Shown: positions 36,662 to 50,600, counted from the first letter of the whole stretch. The stretch: DNA of 63,375 bases, filler included, from Octopus bimaculoides (GCF_001194135.2; 9 parts of 7 records of this genome joined end to end with filler, not necessarily neighbours in it); one strand, 5' to 3'. Notes: a model not told the origin generated them from the sequence alone. Made by a program: numbers and translations.

Positions 36662-39070
36662 CAAAACATGATCTAAAAGCTTCTTTATATCACAAGATTG
36701 CCCCGCATGCATGAAACATAATTTGTTCGAGTTTGGTTTACGCCGCACGCAGTCAGTAGATAGTTACTACTGATTTTCGATAAGGAAGCTATAATTTGCA
36801 AAGTCATTTCAGGATTGTCTCACTTAGTATCCGATGCTGATGATAGCAAAGTAGCTTGAATTGCATTCATCAGTTCACCATAAAATNNNNNNNNNNGACT
36901 GTTGGTGTTTCAACATCATGTTACTTAAGGCGGACATTTTTTCCACAGCAGACAGTTCTGAAAATGGCTTCCAGCTGGTTAAATATGTCCCAAACATTTG
37001 AATTGATCTAAACGTNNNNNNNNNNNNNNNNNNNNNNNNNNNNNNNNNNNNNNNNNNNNNNNNNNNNNNNNNNNNNNNNNNNNNNNNNNNNNNNNNNNNN
37101 NNNNNNNNNNNNNNNNNNNNNNNNNNNNNNNNNNNNNNNNNNNNNNNNNNNNNNNNNNNNNNNNNNNNNNNNNNNNNNNNNNNNNNNNNNNNNNNNNNNN
37201 NNNNNNNNNNNNNNNNNNNNNNNNNNNNNNNNNNNNNNNNNNNNNNNNNNNNNNNNNNNNNNNNNNNNNNNNNNNNNNNNNNNNNNNNNNNNNNNNNNNN
37301 NNNNNNNNNNNNNNNNNNNNNNNNNNNNNNNNNNNNNNNNNNNNNNNNNNNNNNNNNNNNNNNNNNNNNNNNNNNNNNNNNNNNNNNNNNNNNNNNNNNN
37401 NNNNNNNNNNNNNNNNNNNNNNNNNNNNNNNNNNNNNNNNNNNNNNNNNNNNNNNNNNNNNNNNNNNNNNNNNNNNNNNNNNNNNNNNNNNNNNNNNNNN
37501 NNNNNNNNNNNNNNNNNNNNNNNNNNNNNNNNNNNNNNNNNNNNNNNNNNNNNNNNNNNNNNNNNNNNNNNNNNNNNNNNNNNNNNNNNNNNNNNNNNNN
37601 NNNNNNNNNNNNNNNNNNNNNNNNNNNNNNNNNNNNNNNNNNNNNNNNNNNNNNNNNNNNNNNNNNNNNNNNNNNNNNNNNNNNNNNNNNNNNNNNNNNN
37701 NNNNNNNNNNNNNNNNNNNNNNNNNNNNNNNNNNNNNNNNNNNNNNNNNNNNNNNNNNNNNNNNNNNNNNNNNNNNNNNNNNNNNNNNNNNNNNNNNNNN
37801 NNNNNNNNNNNNNNNNNNNNNNNNNNNNNNNNNNNNNNNNNNNNNNNNNNNATGTGTGTGCGTGTATTTTTGTGTATGTGTGTGCGAGTGTGTATGTATG
37901 TGTTAATAATATGGCTGAGGGAAAATACCTCAAGAGAACAAGCTGTGTACTAATTACAAATATTATAGGGTTCTACATATACAATATACTGAGTTGAAAA
38001 TTCTCGTTAAACTGAGATTATCCATGCAATTCATGGAAAGAAACTCCCTCCCGAGGTTTTTAAAATGTATATTAAAAAAATAAAACAGACAAGAGAAATA
38101 ACTTCAGAACAGGAATTTCAGTAAACCATAGCATAACTACTCAGTTGGCATGACTGTGTGTTTCCGTGTTTGTATGTGTATATGAGTGGAAATAAAGAAG
38201 AAGAAGAAGAAGAAGAAGAAGAAGNNNNNNNNNNAGAAGAAGAAGAGTAGTGGGGAACAAGGTGTAAAATAGAGAGTATCGTTGCAGCAAACAAAACAAG
38301 TAGAGCCAGAATGTTGGTAGTCATGCAAAGACGTTTAGCAATGGTGTACAAACGTGTTCTGTATTTTAATGGATGTGAGTTGACAGATGATGGCTTAGGT
38401 AACTAAACGAACTGGTAACTGGAACTACAGAAAAGGTATGCGGTATATATATATAATTAAGGGTGTACTGTTAAACCTATAGTTCAAGAGCAGCTTGGAG
38501 AAATGGTGGAAATAGTAGAGAATGGAAGAGTACAGTATCCCCAGCCTTTTTTCTTAAATCCTTTGTATGTTCATTTATTTCGTTATCTGGGTTCCGTATG
38601 TTAATTTACTTTGAATCAGCCCGAACTGAATGGGTGCTGAGTTTATAGAGGGGCCAAGCACATCTAAATGTCAAGTCATTGGAGGGTCGATGTTTTTTGT
38701 TCTGCTATTGTTTCTTTTTTTTCTCCTCTCATGAATATTATGTTTTGTGTGTGGTTCTGTGTTTATTTTTCGGGTGTTTTGCTTTTGTTCTTTCTGTTGT
38801 TGTTGTTGCCTAGAAGCCTTACTCTGCTTCACTGCTCGTTCGTTCAGCTCATTTAAGTTGGAATATTAGCTTTCCAGGGATCTCGAAAGAAAGGATGCAT
38901 TTTTTATTATTTGTGTATGTGCGCGTGTAGTTGAAAATAATCACAAGGTCTCAAAATTAATTTAGACAATGTGCGAGGACACACACACACACAAACACGA
39001 GTGTGTACGCACATATTTCTATACTGTAAAAATATGTATATGACTAAGTGTGTGTAATTCTCTAAGTGAC

Positions 39071-39109
<39 letters not shown>

Positions 39110-39119
39110 NNNNNNNNNN

Positions 39120-39157
<38 letters not shown>

Positions 39158-40149
39158 TACGCACACATAATTGTGTTAAATGCGGTATCTCTTTTATCTT
39201 TCGTTTGTTTCAGTTATCAGATTTCGGCTATGCTAGGGTTCTACCTTCAAGAATTTTAACATGATAAATTGACACCAGTGCCTATTTTTTTTAAGCCCCG
39301 AACAAATTCTATCGGTCTCCTTTGCGGAACCTCTAAGTTATGGGGACGTAAACAAACCAACACCGGTTGTCACGCATTGGCACACATACACACATGCACA
39401 CATACAATATATATGTATACTTATANNNNNNNNNNNNNNNNNNNNNNNNNNNNNNNNNNNNNNNNNNNNNNNNNNNNNNNNNNNNNNNNNNNNNNNNNNN
39501 NNNNNNNNNNNNNNNNNNNNNNNNNNNNNNNNNNNNNNNNNNNNNNNNNNNNNNNNNNNNNNNNNNNNNNNNNNNNNNNNNNNNNNNNNNNNNNNNNNNN
39601 NNNNNNNNNNNNNNNNNNNNNNNNNNNNNNNNNNNNNNNNNNNNNNNNNNNNNNNNNNNNNNNNNNNNNNNNNNNNNNNNNNNNNNNNNNNNNNNNNNNN
39701 NNNNNNNNNNNNNNNNNNNNNNNNNNNNNNNNNNNNNNNNNNNNNNNNNNNNNNNNNNNNNNNNNNNNNNNNNNNNNNNNNNNNNNNNNNNNNNNNNNNN
39801 NNNNNNNNNNNNNNNNNNNNNNNNNNNNNNNNNNNNNNNNNNNNNNNNNNNNNNNNNNNNNNNNNNNNNNNNNNNNNNNNNNNNNNNNNNNNNNNNNNNN
39901 NNNNNNNNNNNNNNNNNNNNNNNNNNNNNNNNNNGTCCGCTGCCCTAACCACTGGGCCATTGCGCCTCCACCATATAAATATATGCATGCAGGTAAACAC
40001 ACACACACATACATACACACAAACCTGCACTGAAATATAGTAGAATTANNNNNNNNNNNNNNNNNNNNNNNNNNNNNNNNNATGTGTACTCGACATGCGT
40101 AGAGCTCAGAATGGATATTATTCATTAGCAATCAACGTTACCGATGACC

Positions 40150-40420
40150 CATGCAGGTCTTAGAGGGGAACAAAACGTAGGTGAGTTACCCGAACTTCCT
40201 GAGCATGTCCCACAGTAAATCGCAGTTGGCGGAGTCAAAGGCCTTACACAGGTCAAAGAAGTCAAAGTTAATCTCTTACTTTTTCTGAGAATTGTCGTGC
40301 CTCAAGGATCATGTCTGCTGTGCTGTACTGAGACCGGAGGCAGTCTCAAGACTTGGGAAACACTCTTGAAGCTGTTCTGGAAAGGAGGCATAATTAGTGG
40401 CGAGCGAAGATATGTTTTTT
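40150..40420 (-). mobile_element. RTE-BovB-like RT fragment
   Basis: Reverse translation PKS*DCLRSQYSTADMILEARQFSEK then FFDLCKAFDSANCDLLWDMLRKFG* (PESQCGFR..ST.DMIF..RQLQEK..DLxKAFD). Confidence 0.7.
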
Positions 40421-40606
40421 TTTTTTACCTGCGACTTCCGAGATTGTTATACTTGAACTGTTATNNNNNNNNNNTTTTTTTTTTACCTGCGACTTCCGAG
40501 ATTGTTATACTTGAACTGTTATTACAATCAGAGCAACCAATATTCTTGCTGAACACACGGAAACAGATTGAGCTCCTTTGTCAGGTTCACTCTACATCTT
40601 TTATCT

Positions 40607-40953
40607 TTTACTTGTTTCAGTCATTAGATTGCGGCCATACTGGGGNNNNNNNNNNCTTTTACTTGTTTCAGTCATTAGATTGCGGCCATACTGGGGCACC
40701 GCCTTGAAGAATTTTTAGTCGCACGAATCAATCCCAGTACTGTATTCTTTTGTTAAGCCCGGTACTTATTCTATCGTTCGCTTTTGCCGAACCGCCAGAT
40801 TACGAAAACGTAAACACACCAGCACCGATTGTCATGCGGCGGTGAAGGACAACACAAACACAATGCACTCACACACACACACATAGATGTGTACGTATAT
40901 ACAAATACGACAGGCTTCTTTCAGTTTCCGTCGACCAAATCCACTCACAAGGC
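40607..40953 (-). mobile_element. SINE family B copy, broken by 10-N gaps
   Basis: CTTTTACTTGTTTCAGTCATTAGATTGCGGCCATACTGGGGCACCGCC..TTTCAGTTTCCGTCGACCAAATCCACTCACAAGGCT. Confidence 0.85.
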
Positions 40954-43328
40954 TNNNNNNNNNNTACGACAGGCTTCTTTCAGTTTCCGTCGACCAAATC
41001 CACTCACAAGGCTTCTCACCACACAGCTATTATATGTTTCAAAAGATACTGTCGCGCTAGGTTCACCTGAGAATTACTTTGNNNNNNNNNNNNNNNNNNN
41101 NNNNNNNNNNNNNNNNNNNNNNNNNNNNNNNNNNNNNNNNNNNNNNNNNNNNNNNNNNNNNNNNNNNNNNNNNNNNNNNNNNNNNNNNNNNNNNNNNNNN
41201 NNNNNNNNNNNNNNNNNNNNNNNNNNNNNNNNNNNNNNNNNNNNNNNNNNNNNNNNNNNNNNNNNNNNNNNNNNNNNNNNNNNNNNNNNNNNNNNNNNNN
41301 NNNNNNNNNNNNNNNNNNNNNNNNNNNNNNNNNNNNNNNNNNNNNNNNNNNNNNNNNNNNNNNNNNNNNNNNNNNNNNNNNNNNNNNNNNNNNNNNNNNN
41401 NNNNNNNNNNNNNNNNNNNNNNNNNNNNNNNNNNNNNNNNNNNNNNNNNNNNNNNNNNNNNNNNNNNNNNNNNNNNNNNNNNNNNNNNNNNNNNNNNNNN
41501 NNNNNNNNNNNNNNNNNNNNNNNNNNNNNNNNNNNNNNNNNNNNNNNNNNNNNNNNNNNNNNNNNNNNNNNNNNNNNNNNNNNNNNNNNNNNNNNNNNNN
41601 NNNNNNNNNNNNNNNNNNNNNNNNNNNNNNNNNNNNNNNNNNNNNNNNNNNNNNNNNNNNNNNNNNNNNNNNNNNNNNNNNNNNNNNNNNNNNNNNNNNN
41701 NNNNNNNNNNNNNNNNNNNNNNNNNNNNNNNNNNNNNNNNNNNNNNNNNNNNNNNNNNNNNNNNNNNNNNNNNNNNNNNNNGAAAGGTGTAACTGAAAGA
41801 GGGCAAAAAGAAGAAAGAAAAAATTAAGAAAGAAAAAAGATATACAGAAAGTATAAAAACTCAAGAGAAATTGAAAGCAGACGATAGAAGGAGGGTATCC
41901 ANNNNNNNNNNNNNNNNNNNNNNNNNNNNNNNNNNNNNNNNNNNNNNNNNNNNNNNNNNNNNNNNNNNNNNNNNNNNNNNNNNNNNNNNNNNNNNNNNNN
42001 NNNNNNNNNNNNNNNNNNNNNNNNNNNNNNNNNNNNNNNNNNNNNNNNNNNNNNNNNNNNNNNNNNNNNNNNNNNNNNNNNNNNNNNNNNNNNNNNNNNN
42101 NNNNNNNNNNNNNNNNNNNNNNNNNNNNNNNNNNAAGTGAGATAGAAACAGAAAGAAGGGAGGGAAAGAAGGAGAAGGGGAATAGATAAAAGGGGTGGGA
42201 GATGGAAGAGGAAGCAAAAAGACAGTAGTTATTAGGAAAGTGGCTGTTTAGAAATAAAGGACTTTTTGAAGAAAGTAAAATAGTAGAAGTATATGTGGTG
42301 GTCGCAGTGGGGAGGGCTTAAGCTTCAGCCATGTGAAAGGTAAGGAATGTTAAGGATACAGTAAAGAAGACAATGGAGTGCTAGAGAGAGANNNNNNNNN
42401 NNNNNNNNNNNNNNNNNNNNNNNNNNNNNNNNNNNNNNNNNNNNNNNNNNNNNNNNNNNNNNNNNNNNNNNNNNNNNNNNNNNNNNNNNNNNNNNNNNNN
42501 NNNNNNNNNNNNNNNNNNNNNNNNNNNNNNNNNNNNNNNNNNNNNNNNNNNNNNNNNNNNNNNNNNNNNNNNNNNNNNNNNNNNNNNNNNNNNNNNNNNN
42601 NNNNNNNNNNNNNNNNNNNNNNNNNNNNNNNNNNNNNNNNNNNNNNNNNNNNNNNNNNNNNNNNNNNNNNNNNNNNNNNNNNNNNNNNNNNNNNNNNNNN
42701 NNNNNNNNNNNNNNNNNNNNNNNNNNNNNNNNNNNNNNNNNNNNNNNNNNNNNNNNNNNNNNNNNNNNNNNNNNNNNNNNNNNNNNNNNNNNNNNNNNNN
42801 NNNNNNNNNNNNNNNNNNNNNNNNNNNNNNNNNNNNNNNNNNNNNNNNNNNNNNNNNNNNNNNNNNNNNNNNNNNNNNNNNNNNNNNNNNNNNNNNNNNN
42901 NNNNNNNNNNNNNNNNNNNNNNNNNNNNNNNNNNNNNNNNNNNNNNNNNNNNNNNNNNNNNNNNNNNNNNNNNNNNNNNNNNNNNNNNNNNNNNNNNNNN
43001 NNNNNNNNNNNNNNNNNNNNNNNNNNNNNNNNNNNNNNNNNNNNNNNNNNNNNNNNNNNNNNNNNNNNNNNNNNNNNNNNNNNNNNNNNNNNNNNNNNNN
43101 NNNNNNNNNNNNNNNNNNNNNNNNNNNNNNNNNNNNNNNNNNNNNNNNNNNNNNNNNNNNNNNNNNNNNNNNNNNNNNNNNNNNNNNNNNNNNNNNNNNN
43201 NNNNNNNNNNNNNNNNNNNNNNNNNNNNNNNNNNNNNNNNNNNNNNNNNNNNNNNNNNNNNNNNNNNNNNNNNNNNNNNNNNNNNNNNNNNNNNNNNNNN
43301 NNNNNNNNNNNNNNNNNNNNNNNNNNNT

Positions 43329-43745
43329 GTTCGTCCCCCAGCTTAACAACCGGTGTTGGTTTGTTTAAGTCCTTGTAACTCAGCAGTTCGGAAAAAAAGT
43401 TCGATAGAATAAGTGCCCGGCTTTAAAGTAAATACTGGGATTGGTTTATCCGACAAAACTAGTGGTTCTCAACCATGTTTTGCCAATGAACTCCTTTGTT
43501 TCCTGTTTTATTCTACTGGACTCTCTTATCCATTCATTGTTTTAAAAATTCCTATTATACTTTTTATAATTAAATATTATTAGAAACTGTATAAAAAAAT
43601 TTATTGTACAAATTATAAAAACAAAATCTTATATGGACCCCCATGGGTCATGTCGATCCCGGTTGAGAATCACTAAACTTAATCCTTCAAGGTAGTGCCC
43701 CAGCATGGCCTCAGTCAAATGACTGAGACAAGTAAAGGATAAATC
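43329..43745 (+). mobile_element. Old SINE family B 3' half carrying a nested MITE
   Basis: ACAACCGGTGTTGGTTTGTTTA..CCTTCAAGGTAGTGCCCCAGCATGGCCTCAGTCAAATGACTGAGACAAGTAAA, interrupted at 43460-43675. Confidence 0.7.
43460..43675. mobile_element. 216-bp MITE with hAT-like TIRs
   Basis: TAGTGGTTCTCAACC ... GGTTGAGAATCACTA (14/15 inverted match); no clean 8-bp TSD. Confidence 0.65.
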
Positions 43746-44243
43746 CATGTAAAAGTTAAGTCTATCCGACACGCTGCTTACAGAGTTTTAGTGTCTGGAA
43801 ATTTTCTGCTTGGCTGCCAATTTTCAATCTCTTCAATTTCTTTTCGAATTGATTTCATATTCGAGTATATGACGTCGCCAACTGTGTCAACNNNNNNNNN
43901 NTATATGACGTCGCCAACTGTGTCAACAACATGAAATACATAAACAACGAGTGAAAAAAATGGAAAACAGGACAAGTAAACACAGAGAAACGACACTTCA
44001 TCAGNNNNNNNNNNAAAAATGGAAAACAGGACAAGTAAACACAGAGAAACGACACTTCATCAGTTGTTGGCTGTTTTTCTACTCTCGTATTTGGAGCATT
44101 TAACAACAATATGCGCTTTCGATAAAACAGTTGCTCCCGCAAANNNNNNNNNNNNNNNNNNNNNNNNNNNNNNNNNNNNNNNNNNNNTTAATTAATTAAN
44201 NNNNNNNNNNNNNNNNNNNNNNNNNNNNNNNNNNNNNNNNNNN

Positions 44244-46790
44244 TACGTACGTAGGTACGTACGTACATCCATACATGCGTACGTAGGCACGTAGGTACAT
44301 ACATACATAAGTACGTAGGCACGTACGTACATCCATACATACTTATATAGTCACGTACGTACATTCATACATACTTATATAGTCACATATATACGTACGT
44401 ATGTACGCACGTACATCAATACATACGTACTAGGCACGTACGTGCATCCATACATACTTACGTAGGCACGTATGTACATCCATACATACGTACGTAGGTA
44501 CGTACGTGCATACATACATACGTACGTAGGTACGTACGTACCTCCATATATACGTGCATACGTACGTACGTACATCCATACATACATACCTAGGTACGTA
44601 CATCCANNNNNNNNNNATACGTACGTACGTACATCCATACATACATACCTAGGTACGTACATCCATCCATACGTACGTAGGTACGTACGTACATCATACA
44701 TATGTTCGTAGGTACGTATGTACATCCATACATATATACGTAGGTACATACATACAAACGTAGGTACGTACGTACATCCATACATACATACGTAGGAAAG
44801 TACGTACATCCATATATACGTAGGTACGTAGGTACGTAGGTACGTACGTACAGTCATACATTACCTACGTAGGTACGTACTTATGTCCATACGTACGTAC
44901 ATCCATACATGCGTACGTAGGTACGTACGTAATCCATACATGAGTAAGTAGGCACGTACGTACATGCATACATACGTACGTAGGCATGTACGTACATCCA
45001 TTCATACTTACGTAGGCACGTACGTACATCAAATACATACGTACGTATGTTCGTACGTACATCCATACATACGTACGTAGGCNNNNNNNNNNGTACGTAC
45101 ATCCATACATACTTACGTAGGCACGTACGTACATCCATACATTCGTAAGTAGCCACGTACGTACATCCATACGTGCTTACGTAGGCACGTAAGTACATCC
45201 ATACATACGTAGANNNNNNNNNNATCCATACGTGCTTACGTAGGCACGTAAGTACATCCATACATACGTAGATACGTACTTACATCCATACATACGTACG
45301 TAAGCAAGTACGTACATCCATACACACGTACGGAGTTACGTACGTACATCTATACATACGTACGTAGGTATGTACGTACATCCATATATACGTATACAGG
45401 TACTTACGTAGATATATACATAAGTACGTAGGTACGCACGTACATCCATACATACGTACGTAGGTACGTATGTAGATCCATACATACGTACGTAGGTACG
45501 TACGTACATCCATACATACGTACGANNNNNNNNNNACATACGTACGTAGGTACGTACGTACATCCATACATACGTACGAAGGTACATATGTTCATCCATA
45601 CATACGTACATATGTACGTACGTACATCCATACTTTACGTACGTACGTACGTACATCCATACGTACGTACATCCATACGTACGTACATCCATACGTNNNN
45701 NNNNNNACGTACATCCATACGTACGTACATCCATACGTACGTACATCCATACGTACGTACATCTATACATACGTACGTAGGTACGTACGTACATCCATAC
45801 ATGCATACGTAGGTATGTACGTATATCTATACATACGTACGTAGGAACCTACGTACATTCATACATACGTACGTATGTACGTACGTGCATCCATACATAC
45901 GTACGTAGGCACGTACGTGCATCCATACATATTTACGTAATCACGTACGCACATCCATACATACGTACGGAGGTACGTACGGACATACATAGATACATAC
46001 GTAGGTACTACGTACATACATACATACATACGTAGGTACGGACGTACATCCATGCATACGTACGTACATCCATACATACATACGTTGATATATACATACA
46101 AACATAGGTACGTAGTACATCCATATATACATAAGTAGGTACGTANNNNNNNNNNNNNNNNNNNNNNNNNNNNNNNNCCATACATACATATGTAGGTACT
46201 TACGTGCATGCATACATACATACATACATACGTAGGTACGTAGGTACATCCATACATACATACGTAGGTACGTACGTACATCCATACATACATACGTAGG
46301 TACGTACGTATAACCATTCATGCGTACGTACATCCATACATACGTACGTACGTAGGTACGTACATACACCGATAAATTACGAACGTAGGTACGTACGTAC
46401 ATCCATACATACATACGTAGGTATGTACGTACATACATCCATACGTACGTACATCCATACACACGTACGTAGGTACGTACGTCCATACATACATAGGTAC
46501 ATACATTAGTATGTAGGTACGTACGTACATCCATACATACGTACGTAAGTACGCACGTAAATCCATACATACGTATGTATGTACGCACGTACATCCATAC
46601 ATACGTACTAGGCACGTACGTGCATCCATACATGCTTACGTAGGCACGTAGGTACATCCATATATACGAACGGAGGTACGTACGTACATATATAGATAGG
46701 TACGTACATACATAGATACGTACGTAGGTACGTAGTGCATACATACATACATACATACATACATACATACGTACGTACATTCACGTTAGG
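44244..46790. repeat. CpG-rich satellite built from tetramers TACG/TACA/TCCA/TAGG, about 32-bp higher-order unit
   Basis: Recurring TACGTACGTACATCCATACATACGTACGTAGG; fills its own scaffold between two linkers. Confidence 0.9.
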
Positions 46791-46933
46791 CACGCCCTTC
46801 CGCAGCTGGTCTCTCTGACCGAACTGCAGTCATNNNNNNNNNNNNNNNNNNNNNNNNNNNNNNNNNNNNNNNNNNNNTTAATTAATTAANNNNNNNNNNN
46901 NNNNNNNNNNNNNNNNNNNNNNNNNNNNNNNNN

Positions 46934-47682
46934 TGCTAGGGAGTGGCACTTTTTCACACAGCTATCGTCATCCATTCTCTCCACATGATCATACCAGCGC
47001 AATCGTCTCTCTTGCACACCACAACTGATGCTTCTTAGGTTCAACTTTTCTCTCAAGGTGCTTACACTCTGTTTAGTATGCACACTGACATTACACATCC
47101 ATCGGAACATACTGGCTTCATTCCTTGCAAGCCTACGCATGTCTTCAACAGTCACGGCCCATGTTTCACTGCCATGAAGCATGGCTGTTTGTACACATGC
47201 GTCATACAGTCTGCCTTTTACTCTGAGAGAGAGACCCTTTGTCACCAGCAGAGGTAAGAGCTGTCAGAACGTTTCCCAGGCTATTCTTATTCTAGCAGCT
47301 ACACTTTCAGCGCAGCCTCCCCCACTACTACGTTGGTCACCTAGATAGCGGAAGCTATCAACTACGTCTAGTTTTTCTCCCTGGAATGTGGCAGAAGTTG
47401 TTTTCTACAAGTTCACAGTGTTTATTGCTCCTGAACATCTGCTACATACAAAAACTTACTTCCTAGTTAACCTTCCTTTGATATTGCTGCACCTCTTATG
47501 TGTCCATAGCTTGCACTTCGTGCATCTTATAGAGTTTCTGCCTACACCTTTTCTACAGATCGAGCAGGGCCATCTACCTGAAGGGGTTTGTGTTTTGTCT
47601 ACCTTCCTACTTATTAGGACTTTGGTTTTAGCTAGGTTGACTCTAAGGCCCTTCGATTCTAGTCCTTGCTTCCACACCTGAA
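46934..47682 (-). mobile_element. RTE-clade LINE, C-terminal ORF2 segment with PHD-type finger; premature stops
   Basis: WKQGLESKGLRVNLAKTKVL..WPCSICRKGVGRNSIRCTKCKLWTHKRC..VFVCSRC..VDSFRYLGD..KGRLYDACVQTAMLHGSETW..RRLRWYDHVERM. Confidence 0.88.
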
Positions 47683-50600
47683 NNNNNNNNNNNNNNNNNN
47701 NNNNNNNNNNNNNNNNNNNNNNNNNNNNNNNNNNNNNNNNNNNNNNNNNNNNNNNNNNNNNNNNNNNNNNNNNNNNNNNNNNNNNNNNNNNNNNNNNNNN
47801 NNNNNNNNNNNNNNNNNNNNNNNNNNNNNNNNNNNNNNNNNNNNNNNNNNNNNNNNNNNNNNNNNNNNNNNNNNNNNNNNNNNNNNNNNNNNNNNNNNNN
47901 NNNNNNNNNNNNNNNNNNNNNNNNNNNNNNNNNNNNNNNNNNNNNNNNNNNNNNNNNNNNNNNNNNNNNNNNNNNNNNNNNNNNNNNNNNNNNNNNNNNN
48001 NNNNNNNNNNNNNNNNNNNNNNNNNNNNNNNNNNNNNNNNNNNNNNNNNNNNNNNNNNNNNNNNNNNNNNNNNNNNNNNNNNNNNNNNNNNNNNNNNNNN
48101 NNNNNNNNNNNNNNNNNNNNNNNNNNNNNNNNNNNNNNNNNNNNNNNNNNNNNNNNNNNNNNNNNNNNNNNNNNNNNNNNNNNNNNNNNNNNNNNNNNNN
48201 NNNNNNNNNNNNNNNNNNNNNNNNNNNNNNNNNNNNNNNNNNNNNNNNNNNNNNNNNNNNNNNNNNNNNNNNNNNNNNNNNNNNNNNNNNNNNNNNNNNN
48301 NNNNNNNNNNNNNNNNNNNNNNNNNNNNNNNNNNNNNNNNNNNNNNNNNNNNNNNNNNNNNNNNNNNNNNNNNNNNNNNNNNNNNNNNNNNNNNNNNNNN
48401 NNNNNNNNNNNNNNNNNNNNNNNNNNNNNNNNNNNNNNNNNNNNNNNNNNNNNNNNNNNNNNNNNNNNNNNNNNNNNNNNNNNNNNNNNNNNNNNNNNTT
48501 TATCGAATGGTAGTTTTTTTTTTTTAATATGAAGTGATATTATAAAAAGGTGTTTGTTTGAAATATAAATTAAAAATTTTTAAATATTATATATTTATAC
48601 TTATACATATTTACATATATTTTTACATATAGTTTTAATACAACAATTATTCTACACATGTATATATCTTTCCGATGAATTTTCTAATACTGATTTCCTG
48701 ATATTAATAATAATATATATGATCACTCATATTAAATACATAAATACTTTAATAGTATTAATACTTTGATACAATAGAGCACTCAATATAAATTCAGTAT
48801 ATAATATTCTCATTGAATATATTTAACTAAAGATTTATGTATCCCGCTCTATGTACAAAGAGCACTAAATACTGAATTTGTTAAGGATGGAAAAACAATA
48901 TCTCGAAATTTCACTTAAAGATATACCAATTCCTTCCAAGGACACATACTTATTATCATTACTTCAGAAAGCAAATGACCTTATTAAACGAATGAGATGA
49001 AAGGCATTCTTTTACGATAACAAAGGAACTATAAAAGACCAAAGGAATAATATAAAATCCATAAAGTTCTCTATATTTTATTCCAAATATCAAAAGAATC
49101 TTACTAAAATAGTCAACAAAATTATAAAATCACCTAATATACATGTTTTCTCTGATAAAACAGGAAATTTATTTTTGATTACTCCTACTCAATACCAAGA
49201 ATTTATACATAAAAAATTGTGCAAATCTTATGAAATTACTAATCCATCAAATTTAGAAATGATAAATAAAGAACATTCTTTAATTATGAGTAAATTAGAC
49301 GTTGAAGACCGCACGGAAATATACACTCCGAATACACCACATTTTAATTTGAAAGATCATAAATTAGATTTTAATATTAATCCTACCATTAGACTAATTT
49401 GTCCAACTAAATTGGACCTCGGAAGAATAAGAAAGAATATTTTAGATAGAATTATACCTACATTAAAGAAAAAGCTCAACTATAACCTATGGTTCATTAC
49501 AGGAGAAGTAATATCTTGGTTCCATTTATTACCTAATAAGACAAACTTACCATTTTTACAATTTGACATTAACAGTTATTGTGCATCCATGTTACCTATT
49601 ATATTAAATAAAGCTATAATTTTAGCCAAACATCATACTGACATCACACCATTGGAGATTGATATTATTTTCTTAGCTAGAAAAACTCTAATTAAATTCA
49701 GTGACAATTTATGGTGCCAATTTGGTAATAATAGTTTATTTAATTTATTTGATATTACAATGGGATTGTCCAATTCGGCACAAATCACAGATCTAGTAGG
49801 ATTATATTTATTATATGAGACTAAACACTACTTCCCATATTTGAAGGGAAGATTGTATAGAGAAGACGCACTACTAGTCTATAATGGTAGATCCAAAAGA
49901 AAAATAGGAAAAATAAGAGAACTACAAAAATTTTATAAAAATTTTGGTTTTATTTATCACATTTGAAGAAAGTTATTCTAAAGCAAATTTTCTAGGTGTA
50001 ACCTTAGACCTGAATAATTCAACCTACTCTCCATTTCATAAACCTAATGAATATCTTAAATATATAAATATTAATTCAAATCATCATATATCATTACTTA
50101 AAAGTATCGTAAATAGTATATCTTCTAGAATATCCGACCTATCTTATAATGAAGAAATCTTTAATAATCATGCCAATTATTATAACCAAGCTTTAACTGC
50201 TAGTGGATTTAAACAAAATATTAAATACATAAAGGATACTAAACTAAAAATTTATATAGCACAAATGGAATTAAATAAAACCACATGCGATACTAAAATA
50301 GGAAATAAAGATAACCTTAAATATAACAATAACACACAACTAATACTAAATGACGAAACTTCTACACAATACAATAAAAAACCTGGAAAAAATAATGATA
50401 GGCAAAGAACTAAATATAATAATAACAATAAATACTCAACGTAAAATATACAAATCCCAAAACCAATATATAAATGTAATAAACTACCTAATAGGAGCGG
50501 AAAGAGAGAAATTATTCGGTACACACCTCCATTTTCATTAAATGTGAAAGGTTTAGCAAAAAAGTCCTTAAATATAGTTAAAAATAATTTTCCGAGGAAT

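Noticed and set aside
36897-37015. Small contig with protein-like frames (possible minus-strand exon)
   Set aside because: Acceptor context lies in a gap, donor is weak, and no family recognised
38118-38351. Minus-strand ORF with a hydrophobic N-terminus (MYTIAKRLCMTTNILALLVLFAATILSIL)
   Set aside because: Short, runs into a (TTC)n tract and a gap, no recognisable domain or splice support
40425-44070. Short perfect direct repeats flanking 10-N gaps
   Set aside because: Unmerged contig overlaps rather than biological duplications
44375-46793. Many repetitive 'YVRT/MYVC' ORFs; superficial CRISPR-like periodicity
   Set aside because: Tetramer satellite with no unique spacers and no cas genes; eukaryotic context
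48998-49000. In-frame TGA in the PLE ORF as possible selenocysteine (reported for some Naiad elements)
   Set aside because: It falls at the Trp of the KRMRWKA motif (TGG>TGA); the zinc-motif cysteines are ordinary TGT/TGC codons
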